From the NCBI RefSeq assembly GCF_052043925.1, contig NZ_CM125063.1, positions 2,849,604 to 2,889,603 on the forward strand: a DNA stretch of 40,000 nucleotides, written 5' to 3'. The position numbers and the translations under genes were made by a program. Below the pieces are notes generated by a model that was not told where the DNA came from, did no database searches, and worked only from the letters and a program-made list of their open reading frames with translations. The DNA is from Halococcus morrhuae DSM 1307 (GTDB lineage: Archaea > Halobacteriota > Halobacteria > Halobacteriales > Halococcaceae). Below are positions 27,897-35,885 of this stretch, piece by piece (positions within the stretch are counted from its first letter, which is position 1; each line of letters starts with the position of its first letter).

Positions 27897-29492
27897 ATGG
27901 TCGCTGACCGGGCCGTCCTCGACCGGGCGCTCGCGGCGGGCGAGCGCGAGGGCGGCAGCGTCGAGTTCAAAGAACGGCTCACCGAAGACCTCCATCTCGC
28001 CGACGGCAAGCTGGAGAGCCTCGCGGCGCAACTGCGCCACCGGGTGCTCTCGGGCGACGGCGAAGCCACCTACGTCGTCGGCGTCACCGACGACGGCGGC
28101 CTCGCGGGTATCTCGCCCGACGTGTTCTCCGAGTCGATGGACGTGCTCTCCCTGCTCGCCGAGGAGGCCAACGCACACATCGAGGCGGTCGACACGTGGG
28201 GGATCGACGACGGGCTCGTCGGCGTCGCCACGATCGCCGAGGGCACGATGCTCGAAGACGACGGCCACATCGTCGTCGGCACCGCCGGCCACGTCGATCA
28301 CGGCAAGAGCACCCTGGTCGGATCGCTCGTCACGGGCCAGCCCGACGACGGCAACGGCGACACGCGGAGCTTCCTCGACGTCCAGCCCCACGAGATCGAG
28401 CGCGGGCTCTCGGCGGATCTCTCGTATGCCGTCTACGGCTTCAGCGATGGCGAACCGGTGCGCACGCGGAACCCGAACCGGAAGGCCGACCGCGCGGAGG
28501 TCGTCGAAGAGGCCGACAGACTGGTCTCGTTCGTCGACACCGTCGGTCACGAGCCGTGGCTGCGCACCACCATTCGCGGACTCGTCGGCCAGAAACTCGA
28601 CTACGGACTCCTGACGGTGGCCGCCGACGACGGGCCAACGAAGACGACACGCGAACATCTCGGCGTGTTGCTGGCGACCGAGCTGCCGACGGTCGTCGCC
28701 ATCACCAAGGCGGATATGGTCGACGAGGAGCGCGCCATCGAGGTCGAGCGCGAGGTCGAGCGCCTCCTCAGAGACGTGGGCAAGAGTCCGCTACGCATCG
28801 ACCGCCACGGCGTCGAGGCGGCCATCGAGGAGATCGGTGATACCGTCGTCCCCATTCTGCGCACGAGCGCGGTCACGATGGACGGGCTCGATGCGCTTGA
28901 CGAGCTATTCGAGCGACTGCCGAAGACCGGCACCGAGAAGGGCGAGTTCTCGATGTACATCGATCGCAGCTACAAAGTGACCGGCGTCGGCGCGGTCGCT
29001 TCCGGCACGATTCGGTCGGGAACCGTCGAAGCGGGCGACGAACTCCTCCTCGGTCCGTTCCGCGACGGCACCTTCCACGAGGTCGAAGCGCGCTCGATCG
29101 AGATGCACTACCACCGCGTGGATCGCGCGAAGGCCGGCCGGATCGTGGGGATCGCGCTGAAGGGGGTGCGAGAGGCGGATCTCGAACGTGGGATGGTCCT
29201 TCTGCCACGCGATGCGGATCCCACTCCCGTGAGGGAGTTCGAGGCCGACGTGATGGTGCTCAACCATCCCACCAGGATCGACGACGGCTACGAGCCGGTC
29301 GTCCACCTCGAAACGGTGAGCGAGGCCGCCGCGTTCCATCCGGAGGGCGGCCAGCTCCTGCCCGGCGACACGGGCCATACGAGAGTACGATTCAAGTTCC
29401 GGCCTTACCTCGTCGAGGAGGGCCAGCGGTTCGTCTTCCGCGAGGGCCAGTCCAAAGGTGTGGGGACCGTCACGAGCGTTTCATCAGAGTAG
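27897..29492 (+). CDS. GTPBP1 / EF-1alpha-like translational-type GTPase
   Basis: 531 aa. G1 is GHVDHGKST, G3 is DTVGHE, G4 is TKAD, and beta-barrel domains II/III follow (GTIRSGTVEAGDELLLGP). Confidence 0.85.
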   Translation: MVADRAVLDRALAAGEREGGSVEFKERLTEDLHLADGKLESLAAQLRHRVLSGDGEATYVVGVTDDGGLAGISPDVFSESMDVLSLLAEEANAHIEAVDTWGIDDGLVGVATIAEGTMLEDDGHIVVGTAGHVDHGKSTLVGSLVTGQPDDGNGDTRSFLDVQPHEIERGLSADLSYAVYGFSDGEPVRTRNPNRKADRAEVVEEADRLVSFVDTVGHEPWLRTTIRGLVGQKLDYGLLTVAADDGPTKTTREHLGVLLATELPTVVAITKADMVDEERAIEVEREVERLLRDVGKSPLRIDRHGVEAAIEEIGDTVVPILRTSAVTMDGLDALDELFERLPKTGTEKGEFSMYIDRSYKVTGVGAVASGTIRSGTVEAGDELLLGPFRDGTFHEVEARSIEMHYHRVDRAKAGRIVGIALKGVREADLERGMVLLPRDADPTPVREFEADVMVLNHPTRIDDGYEPVVHLETVSEAAAFHPEGGQLLPGDTGHTRVRFKFRPYLVEEGQRFVFREGQSKGVGTVTSVSSE

Positions 29493-29558
29493 CTACAGAA
29501 AATAGCGGGGACGCTGTCTCGTTCCAGCGCCACGAATTTTCGACCTGTCAAAATCGAT

Positions 29559-29586
29559 GTGCTGCATACAGAGCGCATATTCAGCA
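29559..29586 (+). repeat. 28-bp direct repeat R1 (pairs with 30430-30457)
   Basis: GTGCTGCATACAGAGCGCATATTCAGCA versus GTGCTGACTACACGGCGCATATTCAGCA. 24 of 28 positions are identical, and the last 14 nt are perfect. Confidence 0.8.
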
Positions 29587-29611
29587 TAGGTATTGAAATT
29601 GGTCTAATATT

Positions 29612-30238
29612 TCATAAGCGCTTGAATCGCCGCCCTTTGCCACCAAGCTCTTTCTCCCAGTCATTTAACTCACTTTTCAGATCTTCGATGGTACTTTCAA
29701 GATCGTCTGCTCGTTCCTCAAGTTCATCAGTTCGGTCCTCAACACTATTGCTACCCCGATATCTACTACTTCGTGAATATGTGGCATCCTGTAATTCCTC
29801 AACCTGCTCTTCTAAGTCTTCTATACGTTCCTCTAATTCGTTTGCTCTCCCTTCCAAGCTATTTCGTCCTCTATATCTTCCAAATTTCTCATATAGAGAA
29901 TCCTTCATATCCCCCATTTCATCTTTGGAGTTCGATATCTGTGCTTGCGCGGCATCTACCTGCTCTTTAGTAGTGTTTACTTCATCCTTGGTTTGGTTGA
30001 CCTCAGTCTGAGTAGTCTCAATCTCGTTCTGAACGATCTCATTTTCCAATTTGTAGATTCGCAATACTCCCAAATCAAGAAGGATACCTACAAAAATCAG
30101 CACTCCTCCTCCTACTGGTTGAGTAGCCAAAATCGACGACCCTCCTATAATAAGGATGGCACTGAAGATTACTAACCCGAATTTCAGCCAAAAGGCGTTC
30201 TCGTTGACCCTCTCTTTTATGTCATAGGAGAGTTCCAT
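29612..30238 (-). CDS. Two-TM membrane-anchored coiled-coil protein with an internal tandem repeat
   Basis: 208 aa. The N-terminal helices are FWLKFGLVIFSAILIIGGSSILA and GGGVLIFVGILLDLGVL. A heptad-like E/Q/T-rich region follows. A duplicated unit is present: RYRGRNSLEGRANELEERIEDLEEQVEELQ and RYRGSNSVEDRTDELEERADDLESTIEDLK. The gene is AT-rich. Confidence 0.65.
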   Translation of the reverse strand: MELSYDIKERVNENAFWLKFGLVIFSAILIIGGSSILATQPVGGGVLIFVGILLDLGVLRIYKLENEIVQNEIETTQTEVNQTKDEVNTTKEQVDAAQAQISNSKDEMGDMKDSLYEKFGRYRGRNSLEGRANELEERIEDLEEQVEELQDATYSRSSRYRGSNSVEDRTDELEERADDLESTIEDLKSELNDWEKELGGKGRRFKRL

Positions 30239-30429
30239 TCTGGCGCAAGTACAACTTTTCTACCAAAATCAGTTGGGATATTCTGTTTCTTCTATTCAGT
30301 GTGGGTGTATCAGAATTGTGTGCGGGTGAGGATCGCCCCATTCACATGAGATAGCCGAGAAAACTCTGCTGAACACACTCTGAATTGGTCATATGAGAAC
30401 TGGCAAAAGTACGGCAGTTCTGAATGACG

Positions 30430-30457
30430 GTGCTGACTACACGGCGCATATTCAGCA
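30430..30457 (+). repeat. 28-bp direct repeat R2 (pairs with 29559-29586)
   Basis: See R1. R2 lies about 190 bp upstream of the coiled-coil gene start. Confidence 0.8.
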
Positions 30458-30554
30458 AACCGTGAGTGCTGACATTTGAGAACAGAACCGGTACAGCTCG
30501 CTTAGCTAACGATCAGTATTCTGCAACTTGGAATTACTGTTAGACTGAACACTC

Positions 30555-31418
30555 TCACAATGCCTCAAGCTCATCGATAGTCCGGTCAGTACATATCCCT
30601 TCGATAGTCAATCGGAGTAGCGAACCCAATTGACCGCTTTCGCCATACATCGGATCGTTCAGATTTCCGGCCCTCCTCGGTGAGCCAATATCTCTGATGG
30701 CACGTTGTTTCGCCGATCCTTCGTCACCTTCGTCATCGCTGTCAATTACGCCAAAGACCCGACCTCCGCGATCCTTCACCAGTGAGAAACACGGAATATC
30801 AGTAATTCCATCTCCGATATAAATCATATTTTCAAATGGAGTCCGTCGTTCCTCGGGATCTACCTGAGTATTGACCTCGTACGGGTTTTTTCTGGCATCT
30901 TCTGGAGTGATTCCTTTGTTGATTTCGTAAAGGTACCGAGTCTTGTCCGTGAATGAAATTGGTCGTTGGACACGCTGGATGATACCTTCAGAATCAGCAT
31001 CCAATCGGGAGGCATACACTGCCTCGCATCTATCTGCAATTTCGGTACCCTGGATTATCGGTTCAAGACCCTCTGAGAGGATATAGTAGTCAATCGTGAT
31101 ATCCTCGTATTCGTCTGCGATGGAGTTGATGTCATCGAAAAGTCTAGGAACTCCAGGATAGAGTGTCTCTGTTAAATTCGCACCAAACGCTTCAAGATCC
31201 TCAATAGTGAGTTCACCAAGAGGTTGGTCATCTCCGACCTTATCAAGCAATAAGGATAGATACGCGACCGTTGGGTCGTACCCTTCCCTAACGTGGGACT
31301 GGAATTCTGTAAACCAGAATTCCTCTGGAACAATTCCGTGTTCTTCTAATAGTTGCGTGGTAGAGTCTGGAGCGAGCGTGTCGTCGAAATCGAATATCAA
31401 TCCGATGTTCGTAGTCAT
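30555..31418 (-). CDS. HAD-superfamily phosphatase-like protein with a large cap insertion
   Basis: 287 aa. Motif I is LIFDFDDTLAPD (DxDxT) and motif IV is YIGDGITDIPCF. The roughly 170-aa region between them is consistent with a cap domain. The gene is AT-rich and starts 9 bp downstream of the wHTH gene stop. Confidence 0.7.
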   Translation of the reverse strand: MTTNIGLIFDFDDTLAPDSTTQLLEEHGIVPEEFWFTEFQSHVREGYDPTVAYLSLLLDKVGDDQPLGELTIEDLEAFGANLTETLYPGVPRLFDDINSIADEYEDITIDYYILSEGLEPIIQGTEIADRCEAVYASRLDADSEGIIQRVQRPISFTDKTRYLYEINKGITPEDARKNPYEVNTQVDPEERRTPFENMIYIGDGITDIPCFSLVKDRGGRVFGVIDSDDEGDEGSAKQRAIRDIGSPRRAGNLNDPMYGESGQLGSLLRLTIEGICTDRTIDELEAL

Positions 31419-31427
31419 TCGCTCTAA

Positions 31428-31997
31428 TCACTCCTGACCGGCCACTCGTTGAAAGTCGATTCTCCGTGCACGGAGATCACTACGGCGATTACCCAGCGTC
31501 TCTATCTCCTCTTCGTCACCAACTACGAGCGCTTGGCGTCTGTCGTCACCGTCAGACATTCCGTCAACCAATTCAGGATCTCCGAGTGTCTTGAAACGAT
31601 TTTCATGAGCGTGGCCTCCAACGATATGCTCAATGTCGCTGGCGATTTCCTGCTTTCCGAGGGTTGTGATACGGTAGTACGTTTTCCGTCCATCGGCATC
31701 CTCTGGTGCAGGGATTTTCGCGATGAGGTTTGTATCAAGGAGATCGTTGAGATGATGCTGTAGATCATTACTATCACGGCCGGTTTCTGAGACGAGGCGC
31801 TTTCTGGATATTTTCCCGTACTCGTATAGCAAGTACAGGATGCTGTATCGTGTCGGCTCTGCGAGCGCCTTCTTTCGTTCAATATGTGTACCCAGAGAAT
31901 CGATTTTCCCACCGAATAGCCGCTGCTCAGCGTATTGAATCATATTCCCTTCATCCAGTTCCGAGAAAGGTTTTGGCTCTAGAGTCCCTGCCATCAC
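31428..31997 (-). CDS. ArsR/PadR-like winged-helix DNA-binding protein
   Basis: 189 aa. The wHTH core is LAEPTRYSILYLLYEYGKISRKRLVSETGRDSNDLQHHLNDLLDTNLIAKI...GRKTYYRITTLG, followed by an acidic C-terminal tail. Confidence 0.7.
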   Translation of the reverse strand: MMAGTLEPKPFSELDEGNMIQYAEQRLFGGKIDSLGTHIERKKALAEPTRYSILYLLYEYGKISRKRLVSETGRDSNDLQHHLNDLLDTNLIAKIPAPEDADGRKTYYRITTLGKQEIASDIEHIVGGHAHENRFKTLGDPELVDGMSDGDDRRQALVVGDEEEIETLGNRRSDLRARRIDFQRVAGQE

Positions 31998-32106
31998 AAT
32001 TCTGCATACGTTGTCCCCCTTGATTAGGTTAACGGATATTAACTGATCTACCTTATCGAATCTTCAGAGCGACACCTATTCGGGTTTTCCCGTATAAACG
32101 GCGACA

Positions 32107-32842
32107 ATGGATAGTCGGAACTACGGATTTACTTTTGAAGACGAGTCTGTTTTTTCACGGGTACGGCAAGACGCTCCTCAACCATCCGCATCGCAGCTTG
32201 ACGATGAATTCTACGTATTCGTAATGGGGCCGTACACCGCGTTTGACGCTACCTACGCCTACTCAGACGGAGATCAGCTTCAATCGGCCTTTATCGACGA
32301 CCCATTGTTCGAACCTGAGAAGCATATTACCCCTGATGGGCACGGAAGCTTCAAATTGGCGCTCACAGACTTCTGTGAGGCCCTTCGCGATCAGTTCGGA
32401 GTTCATGCATTCCTTGCCACAGATATCACCATACCAACTGAGACAGAAGCGAGCGACGATGAGGAATCGATGTCTGTTCTTGACCAATCAGTAGCCTTCG
32501 CGGCAGTGAGTGATGCTGTCGTATTCGTTTTTTTCGGAGGCTGGCCTTACGACAGGTGTTGGTTCTGAGGTTGGGGCCATACTTGGCGAATTTCATCTCC
32601 GGAGAGGGAATCCCGAGCCGATTCGTAAATCCCGAGAACGCTTTCGGATTTTCAAGACAGAAGAGTTCAGTAGCGCCAGCGTTGATGAAATTCCTTCCAC
32701 TTACGATGTTGATACAATTGGGTTCGAAACCAGGGAGGAGCTGATCAACAAAACTCAGCACTTCCTAGCCAATATAGAGCGTGACGACCCTGATCGACCT
32801 CTACCAATTTTCAATCCGTATTCTCAAGGCGATAGTGAGTAA
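32107..32842 (+). pseudogene. Nucleoside 2-deoxyribosyltransferase/TIR-like (flavodoxin-fold) protein gene, frameshifted in a T7 run
   Basis: ORFs 32107-32568 and 32510-32842 join into one roughly 245-aa protein if the T7 run (32528-32534) changes by one base. The joined sequence reads ...AAVSDAVVFVFFSEAGLTTGVGSEVGAILGEFHL.... Together with the N-terminal YVFVMGPYT, this resembles the NDT/DNPH1-type pattern (xxGPF ... D-x-vvavl-x-D-GT-x-E-x-G). Confidence 0.5.
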
Positions 32843-32849
32843 GAGCAGA

Positions 32850-33958
32850 TGCTCTGTTGATCGCCGGTTCCGTCCGGTGATTCTACCGCTGAGTTCAGGG
32901 GAATTGGACGCCTTCTTGCGGTATGGAACGTTTGCGACAACGCGCGAAAAAATATCGAGAACTTGCCAAAGAACACGTGGAGGATCCAGACGCGCCTGCC
33001 GTCGCCGACGAAGACGGCGACGGCGAGCACGCTGAGTGGAACAAAATCGCGTTACTGCTTCTGCGCGAAGACATCGGAAAGCCGCTCCGTCATCTCGAAG
33101 ACTATCTCAACGAGATGCCCGGGATTCTCGACGTGTTCGGGTTGGAGAAGTCGCCGGATCACACGTCGTTCTGCAATTGGGAGAAAGAGATCTCGATGCG
33201 GACGCTCCGCAGCCTGCTCCGCAGAACGGCGGAGCAGGCTGGCTTCTCGGGTACTGGAGCAATCGATGCCAGCGGCTTCCAGCGTGGTCAGGCAAGCCAT
33301 CATTACCGCAAGCGGGCGGATTACTCGTTTCAGGCGATGAAAACCACGGTTCTGGTTGACACGGAGTCGTTGGTGATCAGGGACGTTCATTTCACGACGA
33401 AAAAGGCCTACGACGGGCATATCGGGTTGCAGGTCTTCCGGCGGAACGCCGGAGACCTGCGGGAACTCCTCGCGGATAAGATGTACTCGTGGAAAGAGCT
33501 TCGAGAGAAGTGCCGGAAAGAAGCCACGCGTCCGGTCATCAAGCACTGTGAGCAATCCCCGTTGCAGAAGGCTCACAACGCCCGGATCGACGATGACGTC
33601 TACAATCAGCGGTCAATGAGCGAAACCGTCTTTTCGATGCTGAAGGCAGATGATGGCGAGAATCTCCACACAAGGACGTGGCACGGACAATTTCGAGAGC
33701 TGACTCGGAAGTGCATAATCCATAACCTCTCGCGGGCGGTCGGCTAACGCCGCCGCCCGCTCTTTCTCTGTCAGATGGTCTGAGAGGCATCACCAGCGAT
33801 ACGCCGATCCATCCGCCAATTCTTATTAAATTTGTCAATTCCAACCCAACCGCAAATCTATGGTTCTGCATCGTGTGTCACGTCGAATCGTTGGTTAGAG
33901 CCGCTAAGAGTTGTATTCAGCTACCCCACCCCTTCGCTGTCTGTCGATCAACAGAGCA
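32850..33958 (+). mobile_element. IS5-family (ISH1-subgroup-like) insertion sequence, 1109 bp, intact
   Basis: The terminal inverted repeats are TGCTCTGTTGATCG (32850-) and CGATCAACAGAGCA (-33958). The element is flanked by the 8-bp direct repeat AGAGCAGA (32842-32849 and 33959-33966). Its termini resemble those of the 932-bp IS (TGCT-TGTTGA). Confidence 0.8.
32923..33747 (+). CDS. IS4/IS5-superfamily DDE transposase (distant paralogue of the 932-bp IS transposase)
   Basis: 274 aa. It has YNQRSMSETVFSMLKAD (YREK signature) and shares the blocks DASGF/DSTFF, RAD, DTESL and RRNAGDL/RRNADDL with the 282-aa transposase. Confidence 0.85.
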   Translation: MERLRQRAKKYRELAKEHVEDPDAPAVADEDGDGEHAEWNKIALLLLREDIGKPLRHLEDYLNEMPGILDVFGLEKSPDHTSFCNWEKEISMRTLRSLLRRTAEQAGFSGTGAIDASGFQRGQASHHYRKRADYSFQAMKTTVLVDTESLVIRDVHFTTKKAYDGHIGLQVFRRNAGDLRELLADKMYSWKELREKCRKEATRPVIKHCEQSPLQKAHNARIDDDVYNQRSMSETVFSMLKADDGENLHTRTWHGQFRELTRKCIIHNLSRAVG

Positions 33959-34020
33959 AGAGCAGACCTTTCTCACAGATATTTCGCATCGAAGAGTGAA
34001 ATGAACATCGACAACCGTTT

Positions 34021-35465
34021 GGTCGTGTCGCAAAGCGGTCTAGACTTCGGTAGCAACTGACTCCCCTCAGGAAGGGGTTGTCTCTGGTGTCCAAACCGAG
34101 ACCACCCCATGCACGCTGAAATCAACGTGCGGTTCGAACTCAGTATCGACGACGACAAAACCATACCGCTCGCCGTACTCGCCGAGTTCGTCACCGACCA
34201 GAACGTCGAGTCAGTACTTCTCGAAGAACTGGTCGAGAGCCTCGACGCGGCCCGCGTCGAGGCGCTCTGTGGCGAAAAATACGCCCACGGCAACGGTGAC
34301 CAGCGGTTCCAGCGCCGTGGCACCGATCCCCGCACAGCCGTTACGACCGCCGGCGAGCACGAATTCGACCTCCACTACGTCGAAGATACAGCCGCTGACC
34401 ACGACGAAACGAGCTATCTTCGTCCCGTCGAAGGAGTCATCGACTTCGACGGGCAGAACCGCTATCAACAGGACATCGCGGCCAAGAGCGTTGATCTCGC
34501 TACCACTCTCAGCTATCGGGATGCCGCCGATCACGGCGACGGCTTCGTTTCGATGCCGTCGCCAGACACCATCAACCGCCGTGCCAAAGAATACGGCAGC
34601 AAACTCAAGCAGTTCCTTCCTGACTGTGTTGCGGGAACGGACGCTGACGCTATCATCGCCGACGGAACGAAGTGTCACAGCCAAGACGAAGACCGCTCGT
34701 ACCACTCCGTTCAAGCAACGCTTGGCGAGGATACTGCCGAGGACTCGCGGTCTCTGCTGGATCTGTCGATCAACGCCGACTGGGATGAGACAGCAGCCGC
34801 TCTCGACGATATCGATGCAGTCACTGACGACGCTGCGGTCGTCAGTGACGCTGATGATAGTATCGTCACGGCATTTACCGACGAAAGCCGTGAGCATCAG
34901 CTCGACCTCGTCCATGTCGGCCGGACGCTAGGCTACAATCTCTGGGATGACGGCGTGTTCTCCTTGGAGCGGCGCACCGAGATCGTTACAGAAGTGATCG
35001 ACGAGGTGTTCCATCTGAAGAATTCGGTTGCCAAGCACCGACCTGAGGAGGAGTTCGCGGCGATCCGCGAACGGATCGCGCGAACGACCAAGCGCATTGA
35101 GAAGACAGCGTGGCAACTCTCACAGTTCGGTTCGAGGAAGGCTGCGGGGTATCTCCGGCGGTGGTTGCCGTCGATAGTGACGTTCGCCGAGCAGGCTCTT
35201 GAGGGGTTCGAGGTGCCGTGGACCTCGAACCCCGTGGAACGAGCGATGGGAGAAGTTGCCAAGCGCTGCAAGAACCAGTGGATGCGCTGGACAGAGGCCG
35301 GATTAGAAGCATTGCTCCAGCTTAGACTCGTGAAGTACGCCAATCCAGGCCACTACCGAACATTCTTCGACGAACTCCTCAACCGATCAACCAAAACAAC
35401 CATGAGCTGTGACCTCACAGTTGAGGCTACCAGAGGCAAAGTCTAGAGGACTTTGCGACGCGACC
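34021..35465 (+). mobile_element. ISH6-family-like insertion sequence, about 1445 bp
   Basis: Imperfect terminal inverted repeats GGTCGTGTCGCAAAG (34021-) and CTTTGCGACGCGACC (-35465), 14 of 15 matching. The GGT ends and the roughly 1.45-kb size fit what I recall for the ISH6 family. The flanking 8-mers (AACCGTTT and AAGAAATC) do not match, so no TSD. Confidence 0.6.
34109..35446 (+). CDS. ISH6-type transposase
   Basis: 445 aa, acidic, with the C-terminal block WTSNPVERAMGEVAKRCKNQWMRWTEAGLEALLQLRLVKY. It is bounded by the IRs above. The family name comes from memory of haloarchaeal annotations. Confidence 0.65.
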   Translation: MHAEINVRFELSIDDDKTIPLAVLAEFVTDQNVESVLLEELVESLDAARVEALCGEKYAHGNGDQRFQRRGTDPRTAVTTAGEHEFDLHYVEDTAADHDETSYLRPVEGVIDFDGQNRYQQDIAAKSVDLATTLSYRDAADHGDGFVSMPSPDTINRRAKEYGSKLKQFLPDCVAGTDADAIIADGTKCHSQDEDRSYHSVQATLGEDTAEDSRSLLDLSINADWDETAAALDDIDAVTDDAAVVSDADDSIVTAFTDESREHQLDLVHVGRTLGYNLWDDGVFSLERRTEIVTEVIDEVFHLKNSVAKHRPEEEFAAIRERIARTTKRIEKTAWQLSQFGSRKAAGYLRRWLPSIVTFAEQALEGFEVPWTSNPVERAMGEVAKRCKNQWMRWTEAGLEALLQLRLVKYANPGHYRTFFDELLNRSTKTTMSCDLTVEATRGKV

Positions 35466-35590
35466 AAGAAATCAGGAAGGATCGATGTCATGTCGTCCCA
35501 CCGAATATCTGAAGTCAGGCAGGCGATTTTCTCATACACGACGGATAGAGAAATAAATATCAGCGACCTAGATCTCGCGGGTGGCTATGT

Positions 35591-35618
35591 ATGACGAATC
35601 CTACCTACCCGACTTCAG
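35591..35618 (+). repeat. Direct repeat A (pairs with 35773-35799)
   Basis: ATGACGAATCCTACCTACCCGACTTCAG versus ATGACGAATCC-ACCTAGCCGACCTCAG. There is one indel and two mismatches, and the copies are 182 bp apart. Confidence 0.75.
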
Positions 35619-35772
35619 GTGAAGACGGGGCCGTAGCCGGCTCCGTCCGTCACCACGATGGGCGGCACTCTCCCAAGGGAAACGACCGACACCCGCCGAC
35701 TGCATCACCGAGAGCGCCATCCAGGCCGCTCGCGTTACCATGTGGTAGTCTAAATTTCGCAGAGGGTCATGC

Positions 35773-35799
35773 ATGACGAATCCACCTAGCCGACCTCAG
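35773..35799 (+). repeat. Direct repeat B (pairs with 35591-35618)
   Basis: See repeat A. B runs directly into the recombinase-like fragment. Confidence 0.75.
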
Positions 35800-35885
35800 A
35801 CCCTTACACCCGTGCGTTTCTTACTGTGGCGGCGACGTTTGCCGAGCTCGAAGCCGAGATCAAGCGCCAAAACACCCGCGAAGGC
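35790..35885 (+). pseudogene. Serine-recombinase (resolvase/invertase) internal fragment
   Basis: The frame starting at 35790 reads PTSDPYTRAFLTVAATFAELEAEIKRQNTREG. This matches the conserved resolvase block (D-x-s-x-P-x-g-x-f-x-x-v-x-aa-x-AE-x-E-x-x-x-i-x-x-R-T-x-x-G). A stop lies immediately upstream and no N-terminal catalytic Ser region is present. Confidence 0.35.

Noticed and set aside
30393-30479. 28-codon ORF (MRTGKSTAVLNDGADYTAHIQQTVSADI) containing repeat R2
   Set aside because: The equivalent frame through repeat R1 has no start codon and overlaps the GTPase 3' end out of frame. The repeat is therefore better explained as a DNA-level element than as a duplicated peptide.
31998-32106. 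GTTAA-N6-TTAAC and CCGTATAAACGG palindromes in the divergent promoter region as operators for the wHTH protein
   Set aside because: The arms are short (4-5 bp) in AT-rich DNA, where such palindromes arise by chance. I have no second occurrence to support a motif, so this is left as a note only.
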